Source: Candidatus Omnitrophota bacterium (lineage in GTDB: Bacteria; Omnitrophota; Gorgyraeia; Zapsychrales; Zapsychraceae). Taken from it: 64,000 bases of DNA. Positions 56,892-64,000 of this stretch are shown piece after piece. The first letter of the stretch is position 1. Every line of letters starts with the position of its first letter. Under the pieces are notes generated by a model, which saw only the letters and a program-made list of their open reading frames with translations, had not been told where the DNA came from and searched no databases. The position numbers were made by a program, and so were the translations under genes. The stretch is taken from contig DOGZ01000014.1 in assembly GCA_003528115.1 (NCBI GenBank), forward strand, positions 66,466 to 130,465. Reading direction: 5' to 3'.

Positions 56892-57997
56892 CCATCAATT
56901 GCCGGTCGTTTATAAAAAAGAAATATACGGGAATTGGAAGGTATACCTACCATTTAGTTAAAAGCCTGAGCGAGATCGACACGCAGAATGAATATCAGTT
57001 ATACGCGAAAAAAGGCATTCTGAATCTCAACAAGCGCCTGCCGCATTTCGGCGTCAAGAATTTTATTATCAAGACGGATCGATTTAACAGAGGCATCGAA
57101 AAGTCTTTGGGAAAAGTCGATATTTACCATTCCCCCAGCCCTGATTCCCTGAATGTCAATAATGGAGCCAGAATCGTTGTGACGGTCCATGATCTGATTT
57201 TTAAAGCCTTTCCGCAGGGACACACGCAGAGAACGCTGGATGAGACAGAAAAACAGTTTACGAACATAGGGAAAATCGCCTCAAAGATTATTTGTTGTTC
57301 TCAAAATACGATTAACGATCTCAAGAAATATTTTCAAGTCCCTGAGGACAAAATCGCTTTAGTTTACCAGGGCGTCGACAAAAATTTGTTTTATCGTGTC
57401 GGCAAAGACGAAGAGCCGACAGCCGCTAAAATGATCAGGGCCAGAGGCCTGAAAGAGCCGTTTGTTTTGTCCGTCGGGACTATTGAGCCGCGGAAGAACC
57501 TGGAAAATCTTCTTCATGCCTTTGACAAATTAAGGACGAGAAATCAATTTAAGGGAAAATTGGTTGTGATCGGCATGAAGGGATGGATGAGCGACGGGAT
57601 TGAAGGCCTCATCCGTAAGCTTGAGTTGAAGAATCATGTGATCTTTTTAGGATATCTCTCGGACCAGGAACTGCGGTATTTTTATAACAAGGCGGAGGCT
57701 TTTGTCTTTCCGTCTTTTTACGAGGGATTCGGGTTCCCTATTGTAGAGGCCTTTGCCTGCGGGGCACCCGTGGTCACTTCGAACGTTTCTTCCTGCCCCG
57801 AGGTCGCTCGGGACGCCGCCCTGATCGTCGATCCTTACCGGCCCGAAGATATTGCCGGGGCCATTGCCCGGATCGTGAAAGATTCTTCCCTTCGACAGAC
57901 TTTAAGGCAAAAAGGGTTTAAAAGAGCGCAAGATTTCAATTTCCGCAAGACAGCCGAGGAGACATTGAAAGTTTATCAAGAGGTTTACCGGACGTGA
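56882..57997 (+). CDS. family 4 glycosyltransferase (GT-B)
   Basis: C-terminal GT4 motif EGFGFPIVEAFACGAPVV. Confidence 0.8.
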   Translation: MHIAINCRSFIKKKYTGIGRYTYHLVKSLSEIDTQNEYQLYAKKGILNLNKRLPHFGVKNFIIKTDRFNRGIEKSLGKVDIYHSPSPDSLNVNNGARIVVTVHDLIFKAFPQGHTQRTLDETEKQFTNIGKIASKIICCSQNTINDLKKYFQVPEDKIALVYQGVDKNLFYRVGKDEEPTAAKMIRARGLKEPFVLSVGTIEPRKNLENLLHAFDKLRTRNQFKGKLVVIGMKGWMSDGIEGLIRKLELKNHVIFLGYLSDQELRYFYNKAEAFVFPSFYEGFGFPIVEAFACGAPVVTSNVSSCPEVARDAALIVDPYRPEDIAGAIARIVKDSSLRQTLRQKGFKRAQDFNFRKTAEETLKVYQEVYRT

Positions 57998-58040
57998 AAG
58001 TCCTGAGATTAAGAGTAAAGGGCTGAAGCACGGACTGACC

Positions 58041-58883
58041 ATGAAAATAAGCGGTTGTACCATTGCGCGCAATGTGATCAAATATAATTATCCTGTCCTG
58101 GAATCCATACAATCGATCCTGCCGATCTGTGATGAGTTTGTTGTTAACGTCGGTGATTCTCAAGACGAGACGCTGGCCTTAATTAAGTCGATTAAAAGCG
58201 ATAAAATACGCATCATTCAAAATGTCTGGGATTTTTCGCAAAAAGCAGAAGTCCTTTCCCACCAGACCAATCTGGCCTTGCGCGCATGTCGCGGGGACTG
58301 GACGTTTTATCTTCAATCCGATGAGGTGATCCATGAAGAGGATCTTCCCGTGCTGGAGAGGATGATGCGCCGGTATCTGGAGGACAAAGAGGTGGAGGCT
58401 TTAAGATTTAAATGGTTTCATTTTTACGGGAGTTATTTCCGGTACAGGATTGATCGCGGCTGGTACCAGAAGCAAGACAGAATTATCCGTAATAACGGGG
58501 AGATTGAATCGTATGGGGACGCGTACGGTTTTCGGCGCAAGGACGCTCAGCCCTTAAAAAGAAAGAACACCGGGTGCTTTCTGTATCATTATGGTTGGGT
58601 TCAGCCCGAGGATGTGATGAAACAGAGACGGATCAACGCCGAGAAAATTGGATTTGTCACACTGCAGGAAGGGGAGCGAAGGCAAGAATATAGTTATAGT
58701 GATTTAAACCGATTTCCGATCTATTGGGGAACTCATCCTCAGGGGATGGGGAGGAGGATCCGGGAACACCGGTTGAGTCAAAAGGATTTAAAGGAGATCA
58801 ACAAGAAATACTGGTGGCATCCGTTCAAATGGCTGAAGGTCAGGTATAAAACATTTAAGAGAATCTCCCATAAAATTGAATAA
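58041..58883 (+). CDS. putative glycosyltransferase (GT2-like LPS biosynthesis family)
   Basis: 280 aa; N-terminal region resembles small GT2-like LPS proteins; assignment tentative. Confidence 0.45.
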   Translation: MKISGCTIARNVIKYNYPVLESIQSILPICDEFVVNVGDSQDETLALIKSIKSDKIRIIQNVWDFSQKAEVLSHQTNLALRACRGDWTFYLQSDEVIHEEDLPVLERMMRRYLEDKEVEALRFKWFHFYGSYFRYRIDRGWYQKQDRIIRNNGEIESYGDAYGFRRKDAQPLKRKNTGCFLYHYGWVQPEDVMKQRRINAEKIGFVTLQEGERRQEYSYSDLNRFPIYWGTHPQGMGRRIREHRLSQKDLKEINKKYWWHPFKWLKVRYKTFKRISHKIE

Positions 58884-59958
58884 GGAACGTGGTATGAGCG
58901 TCGACAAGGATGTCTATGCGGTTGTCTTGGCCGGCGGGTCCGGAACGCGTTTTTGGCCCATGAGCCGGGAATCCCGGCCGAAGCAATTCTTGAATATTGT
59001 GGGCGCGGCATCGCTTTTCCAGGACACGCTCAAGCGGATCAAGCCAAAGATAGCCGGGGCGAACATATTTATTGTGACGAATGCTGTTTACCGAAAACAG
59101 GTCGGACAGCAAACCGCCGCGTATCAGATCCCCAAGACCAATATATTGCTGGAACCTCAAGGGAAGAATACCGCGCCGGCGATCTGCTGGGCCGCTTGGA
59201 AAATCCATCAGATCAATCCCGACGCTGTTCTGGCGGTATTTCCCTCGGATCACCTGATTCTCCATCAAGGCAATTTCCTCAAAGTTTTGGAGGAAGCTCT
59301 GGTCTTGGCGCGACGGGAATACCTTGTCACGCTGGGCATAGTCCCCACAAGACCGGAGACGGGATACGGGTATTTGAAAATCAGGAAGACGACTTCGCGG
59401 GGCCGGAAGGTCGTCAAGGTCGAGAAGTTCATCGAGAAACCTTCGCTGGAAAAGGCCAGGCAGTTTGTCCGGCAGAAGAGGTATTTGTGGAACAGCGGCA
59501 TGTTTATCTGGAAGAGCGCCGTTGTGCTAAAAGAGTTTGAAAGACATCTGCCGGAGATGTGCCGCGTATTGCGCGGGAGGACCGCGCTCGCCCAGATTCG
59601 TAAAATTTGGCCGCAGCTTCCCAACATTTCCATTGATTACGGTATTTTGGAGAAGGCGGATAACGTGGCGGCCGTTCCGGCCAAAGATATCGGCTGGTCG
59701 GACGTCGGGAGTTGGGAGGCGTTGGCGGATGTTCTTCCGAAAGATAAAAACAGGAATTATTTTAAAGGCGATGTGATCTCCCTGGATTGCGCGGGCAGTT
59801 TCGTGTGGGGAGAAAAGAGGCTGATTGCCGCGGTAGGACTCGAAGATCTGATTGTTATTGATACACCGGAGGCGGTGTTGGTTTGTAAAAAAGATATGTC
59901 TCAACGGATTAGAGAAATCGTTTCAGCCCTGAAAAAAAATCAAAGGACGGAGATTTAA
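58876..59958 (+). CDS. manC: mannose-1-phosphate guanylyltransferase
   Basis: N-terminal motif VVLAGGSGTRFWPMSRESRPKQFL and ManC fold; alternative start at 58894. Confidence 0.8.
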   Translation: MNKERGMSVDKDVYAVVLAGGSGTRFWPMSRESRPKQFLNIVGAASLFQDTLKRIKPKIAGANIFIVTNAVYRKQVGQQTAAYQIPKTNILLEPQGKNTAPAICWAAWKIHQINPDAVLAVFPSDHLILHQGNFLKVLEEALVLARREYLVTLGIVPTRPETGYGYLKIRKTTSRGRKVVKVEKFIEKPSLEKARQFVRQKRYLWNSGMFIWKSAVVLKEFERHLPEMCRVLRGRTALAQIRKIWPQLPNISIDYGILEKADNVAAVPAKDIGWSDVGSWEALADVLPKDKNRNYFKGDVISLDCAGSFVWGEKRLIAAVGLEDLIVIDTPEAVLVCKKDMSQRIREIVSALKKNQRTEI

Positions 59959-59964
59959 TGCCCC

Positions 59965-61050
59965 ATGAGCGCGTTGCCCCAGCCGTTAAAGAGAGTTTTG
60001 ATTATTAACATTTTCGGTATCGGCGATGTCCTTTTTACCACTCCCCTGATCCGCAATTTGAAATCCTCTTTCCCTGATATTTTTATTGGGTATCTCTGCA
60101 ATCAACGGGCCCGCCCGGTGCTTGAAAATAATCCTCACGTGGACAAAATTTTTGTTTATGAACGCGATGACTTTAAGAAGATTTATGATCAGTCCAGGAT
60201 TCTCTATTTAAAGAAATTAAACGCGTTTATGAAGGATATCCGCCGGGAGGGATTTGAGGTTGTCCTGGATGTCTCCTTAAACAGTTTCACGGGTTTTCTG
60301 GCGTGGTGGGCGGGCATTAAACACCGGGTGGGGTTTGATTATAAGAACAGAGGTTTTTTTCTGAATCATAAGATTTTCTTGAAAGGGTATGAAGAGAAGC
60401 ATGTGGTTGAGTATTATTTGAAGCTCTTAGAGGAAGTCGATGTTCCTGTTGTGAGCAAAACCCTTGAATTTCATGTCCGCCGTGAGGACGCGGAGTGGGC
60501 GGGGCATTTTCTCAAGAGTCAGGGGGTTTCTCCGGACAGTTTGCTGATTGGCCTGGTGCCGGGGGGCGGGGCCAGTTGGGGGAAGGACGCTTTCTACAAG
60601 CGATGGCCCGCGGAGAAATACGCGAAATTAGCCGATAAATTATTTGAAAAATATTCCGCGGATATTATACTGTTGGGTGATTCAAAAGAATTGGGCGTAT
60701 CCGCGGAGGTCGCTCGCCTGATGCGCCATCCCGCCGTATTGGCTACGGGTCTGACAACCATCGGTCAATTCGCGGCGTTGACACAGAAATGCTCTTTCAA
60801 TATTCTCAACGATGGCGGTCCGTTGCATGTGGCTGTAGCCGCCGGGGCAAAAACAGTTTCTATCTTCGGGCCTGTGGATGAACGTGTTTACGGCCCTTAT
60901 CCACGATCGGATCATCATAAAGTTGTCACCAAGCAGCTCGCCTGCCGGCCGTGCTATCGGCGTTTTCGAAGGGCCAGTTGTGACCATATAAGTTGTCTCC
61001 ATCAAATAACTGTGGACGATGTCCTCCAAGAGGCGGCGGAGATTATTTGA
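59965..61050 (+). CDS. family 9 glycosyltransferase (ADP-heptose:LPS heptosyltransferase-like)
   Basis: RVLIINIFGIGDVLFTTPLIRNLK N-terminus and GT9 architecture. Confidence 0.75.
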   Translation: MSALPQPLKRVLIINIFGIGDVLFTTPLIRNLKSSFPDIFIGYLCNQRARPVLENNPHVDKIFVYERDDFKKIYDQSRILYLKKLNAFMKDIRREGFEVVLDVSLNSFTGFLAWWAGIKHRVGFDYKNRGFFLNHKIFLKGYEEKHVVEYYLKLLEEVDVPVVSKTLEFHVRREDAEWAGHFLKSQGVSPDSLLIGLVPGGGASWGKDAFYKRWPAEKYAKLADKLFEKYSADIILLGDSKELGVSAEVARLMRHPAVLATGLTTIGQFAALTQKCSFNILNDGGPLHVAVAAGAKTVSIFGPVDERVYGPYPRSDHHKVVTKQLACRPCYRRFRRASCDHISCLHQITVDDVLQEAAEII

Positions 61051-61102
61051 CCATAGATTCCAATTTCCCAGGCGCCTGGAAAATTGGGGGAAACAAGAAG
61101 GG

Positions 61103-62239
61103 ATGAAGGGCATGAGTGTTCCATTTATCGATTTTAGCCAGCAATATCACGCCATTAAGGACCGGATTGACGTCGGGCTTAAAAGGGTTTTTGAAAAGGG
61201 GAATTTTATTTTGGGTGAGGAGGAGAAGGTCTTTGAGACGGATTTTGCCAAATATTGTGACGCGGCGTACGCGGTGGGGGTGAATTCCGGAACCGACGCG
61301 TTATATTTAGCGTTGGCGGCTCTGGACATAGGGCCCGGGGATGAGGTGGTCCTTCCGACTTTTTCTTTTATCGCCACAGCCCTGTGCGTTTCGTACACCG
61401 GCGCCAGGCCTGTCTTTGTCGATATCCAGGAAGACACGTATAATATTGATCCACAGAAACTTAAAAAGGCCATCACGCATAAAACCAAGGCGATCCTTCC
61501 TGTCCATATTTACGGTCAGCCGGCGGATATCAACGAGATTGCAGAGATTGCCCGAGGGCATAATATCCCTGTTGTTGAAGACGCGGCCCAGGCGCATGGG
61601 GCCCTCTATCAGGGGAGAAAAGTCGGATCCCTGGGGGAAAGCGCCTGTTTCAGTTTTTACCCGACTAAAAGTCTTGGGGCGTTCGGCGACGGCGGGATGG
61701 TCGTGACCAGTAATAAAAAAATCTATGAGAAGGTGATGATGCTGAGGGATTACGGCCGGAGTGATCGCTATGATCACAAGATTAAGGGATTTAATTCGCG
61801 GCTGGACACCGTCCAGGCGGTTGTTTTATCGGCCAAATTGAACCATCTCGATGAATGGAACAAGATGCGTTTGGATAACGCGGCCTATTATTGTCAAGTG
61901 CTCAAGGAGGCGGAGGGCATCATCACGCCGGTCATGAAACAGGACAGGACCCATGTCTTTCAAACATTTGCCGTGCGTTTGAAAAACCGTGACGCGGTCT
62001 GCGACCGGATGAAGAACAAAGGGATCGGGGTCTTGATTCATTATCCTATTCCCATACATCTTCAGGAGGCGTATGCCGATTTAGGATATAAAAGAGGTGA
62101 TTTCCCCGTCTCAGAACGGGTGGCCGGAGAGATTCTGTCTTTGCCGATGTTCCCGCATATGCGTAGAGAGCAGATTCAATACGTCTGTGAATCCCTAAAA
62201 GAATTCATCACCTGCGGGGGGTTGAAAGGAAAACAATGA
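61103..62239 (+). CDS. DegT/DnrJ/EryC1-family PLP-dependent sugar aminotransferase (second copy)
   Basis: Second DegT-family gene in the locus; PLP-lysine region (FSFYPTKSLG). Confidence 0.8.
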   Translation: MKGMSVPFIDFSQQYHAIKDRIDVGLKRVFEKGNFILGEEEKVFETDFAKYCDAAYAVGVNSGTDALYLALAALDIGPGDEVVLPTFSFIATALCVSYTGARPVFVDIQEDTYNIDPQKLKKAITHKTKAILPVHIYGQPADINEIAEIARGHNIPVVEDAAQAHGALYQGRKVGSLGESACFSFYPTKSLGAFGDGGMVVTSNKKIYEKVMMLRDYGRSDRYDHKIKGFNSRLDTVQAVVLSAKLNHLDEWNKMRLDNAAYYCQVLKEAEGIITPVMKQDRTHVFQTFAVRLKNRDAVCDRMKNKGIGVLIHYPIPIHLQEAYADLGYKRGDFPVSERVAGEILSLPMFPHMRREQIQYVCESLKEFITCGGLKGKQ

Positions 62240-63000
62240 GCCAGTTGCCGCTGTCCGTGGTTGTGATTACAAAGAATGAGGAGAATAATATCAGCGAATG
62301 CCTGGGAAGTGTGCGTCACTGGGCGGATGAAATTATCATCGTCGATGATGAAAGCCAAGACCGCACGGTGGAAGTCGCCGAGAAATACGCCGATAAAATC
62401 TTCCATCGGCGGATGGATAATGAGGGCAAGCACAGAAACTGGGCGTACGCGCAGGCTAAAAATGAATGGGTGTTAAGCCTGGACGCGGACGAATACGTCA
62501 GTGACGAGTTGAAACAGGAAATCAGCCGCGTCCTTCCGGATACAAAATTCCATGCCTTTTCTATTCCTTTAAAGAATTACATTGGAGGCTACTGGGTCCG
62601 GTATTCGGGTTGGTATCCGGCCGGGAAATTGCGCCTTTTCATGAAAAGCCGTTTCAAGTACGAAGAAGTGGAAGTCCATCCCCGTGTTTTTCTCGATGGA
62701 GAAACAGGCCATTTAACCAAAGATATTGTTCATAAAGGGTATCCGGATTTTGAACATTTTCTGGCCAGCCTGAATCGTCAGACGACGCTGGAGGCCAGAA
62801 AATGGATCCACACGGGCAGGCACATGTCTTTGGGCCGGGCGGTGTGGCGTACGCTGGATCGTTTCCCCCGTTCTTTTGTCGGGAAACAGGGATACAAAGA
62901 CGGTTTTATAGGTTTTATGGTCGCTTTCTTCGCCTCGCTTTATCAGATTATCAGTTACGCGAAATATTGGGAAATGAAGAAGAAGCAACCCAAGAAATAA
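62236..63000 (+). CDS. family 2 glycosyltransferase (LPS core-type)
   Basis: LSVVVITKNEENNISECL...IIIVDDESQDRT GT2 motif. Confidence 0.75.
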   Translation: MSQLPLSVVVITKNEENNISECLGSVRHWADEIIIVDDESQDRTVEVAEKYADKIFHRRMDNEGKHRNWAYAQAKNEWVLSLDADEYVSDELKQEISRVLPDTKFHAFSIPLKNYIGGYWVRYSGWYPAGKLRLFMKSRFKYEEVEVHPRVFLDGETGHLTKDIVHKGYPDFEHFLASLNRQTTLEARKWIHTGRHMSLGRAVWRTLDRFPRSFVGKQGYKDGFIGFMVAFFASLYQIISYAKYWEMKKKQPKK

Positions 63001-63069
63001 GGTCGGGATTCAAACCCGAGGACTTTGGTTATGGTGGAATCCCGGATCAATCGAAAGGGAGATGGAGGA

Positions 63070-63627
63070 ATGAAGGTTGTATTTCTCGATAGAGATGGTG
63101 TGATCAATGAGTTCCCGGGCAACGGCAATTATGTCACCTTGCTCAAGGAGTTTCATTTTATTCCCGGGGCTTTGGAGGCCTTGCGAAAATTGACCGAGGA
63201 AGAATATTCCATATTTGTTATTTCCAACCAGGCGGGTGTGGGCAAGGGGATTTATACCCAAGAAAAGCTCAATCATATTACCCGCACCATGCTCCAAAAG
63301 GTCAAAAAGGCCGGCGGGAAAATCAAGAAGGTTTTTTATTGCACGCATAAGTCCGGCGTTGGTTGCGATTGCCGGAAACCGGAAATAGGTTCTGTCCGTC
63401 GGGCCCTGGGGTTAATGAATAAAACAATCCACGCGGCGAAAAAGGCTTTTTTTGTCGGGGATACGCAGGTGGATATCCTGGCTGGACATAATGCCGGCTG
63501 TAAGACGATCTTTGTCTTATCCGGTCGCGAAGACCGCCGGCACATGCGCAGTTGGGAAGTCAAGCCGGATTTTATCGCCAAAGACCTTCTGGAGGCGACA
63601 CAAATCATAACCCAGGATGTCGCCTAG
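63070..63627 (+). CDS. gmhB: D-glycero-D-manno-heptose 1,7-bisphosphate phosphatase (HAD)
   Basis: HAD motif I FLDRDGVIN and GmhB zinc-binding Cys cluster CTHKSGVGCDCRKP. Confidence 0.8.
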   Translation: MKVVFLDRDGVINEFPGNGNYVTLLKEFHFIPGALEALRKLTEEEYSIFVISNQAGVGKGIYTQEKLNHITRTMLQKVKKAGGKIKKVFYCTHKSGVGCDCRKPEIGSVRRALGLMNKTIHAAKKAFFVGDTQVDILAGHNAGCKTIFVLSGREDRRHMRSWEVKPDFIAKDLLEATQIITQDVA

Positions 63628-63696
63628 GCCCCTTCTCCAACGACGATATAAATCGAATAAGAATTCTATCCTTTCGCGCTCAGCAGAGAGTCTATT

Positions 63697-64000
63697 ATGA
63701 AAATCCTCGTTATTCACGCCTCGGCCGGGGCGGGACATCTGAAAGCCGCCGAAGCCATTTATCAGGGTCTCATCCGCGACTCCCGGCATCACGTCGTTCT
63801 CGTGGACGCTCTGGACTATACGAGTCCGTTTTCCAAGAAACTTTACCGGGAGGCGTACGCTTTTGTGATCTCCAGGATGCCTCGGCTCTGGGGGTTCCTG
63901 TTTTCTCTTCTGGATGTGAATGTCCTTCAGCCTTTTGTCAGGAAGGTGAGAAGGGCGCATAACGCCCTTAGCGCCGGGAAGTTACACCGTTTCTTGCGGG
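63697..64000 (+). CDS. MGDG-synthase/MurG-like (GT28) glycosyltransferase, 5' partial (runs off the window)
   Basis: N-terminus MKILVIHASAGAGHLKAAEAI typical of diacylglycerol glycosyltransferases. Confidence 0.5.
   Translation, partial: MKILVIHASAGAGHLKAAEAIYQGLIRDSRHHVVLVDALDYTSPFSKKLYREAYAFVISRMPRLWGFLFSLLDVNVLQPFVRKVRRAHNALSAGKLHRFLR

Noticed and set aside
58953-59776. Overlapping + strand ORFs (195 aa and 79 aa) inside manC
   Set aside because: These are alternative frames of the manC gene with low-complexity Arg/Gly-rich translations and no homology signal.
1-64000. CRISPR arrays, tRNA or rRNA genes, IS elements with transposase
   Set aside because: No regularly spaced short direct repeats, no tRNA-like T-loop/acceptor patterns, and no transposase or integrase ORF were seen. 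Mobility signatures are limited to the repeat junctions and MITE-like elements described above.

Overview
Single contiguous bacterial chromosomal segment with high coding density; every credible gene is on the + strand. It contains three functional blocks. (1) 1–13.4 kb is a purine/one-carbon block (purB, purC, purS-purL fusion, LOG-family gene, purQ, purM, purD, purE, TsaC/LMW-PTP fusion, rpiB, glyA, nrdR). (2) 13.4–41.5 kb is housekeeping: CCA-adding enzyme, macro-NUDIX fusion, S8 protease, Cys/Met PLP enzyme, an ECF sigma/anti-sigma/DUF3106-like trio, SPOR protein, miaA, hflX, a CIRCE-controlled hrcA-grpE-dnaK-dnaJ operon, accD, an orphan MalK-like ATPase, two GGDEF cyclases, ROK glucokinase and lptD. 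(3) 41.5–64 kb is a mosaic polysaccharide/LPS locus: two nucleotide-sugar dehydrogenases, UDP-xylose synthase, a TPP-dependent E1 alpha/beta pair, fcl, NAD-epimerase, B12-radical SAM, two DegT aminotransferases, several glycosyltransferases, manC, heptosyltransferase and gmhB. No rRNA, tRNA or CRISPR array was recognised. The most unusual region is 48.3–51.5 kb, which interrupts the glycan locus. It holds an AbiEii-like nucleotidyltransferase overlapped by a small unknown upstream ORF, a CzcD-type CDF transporter and a gene fragment, bracketed by three direct copies of the 3' end of fcl. Two copies of a ~125–150 bp MITE-like inverted-repeat element sit immediately 5' of lptD and of a GT2 gene. 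The CDS calls rest on recognised motifs and recalled family resemblance; no database search was run.
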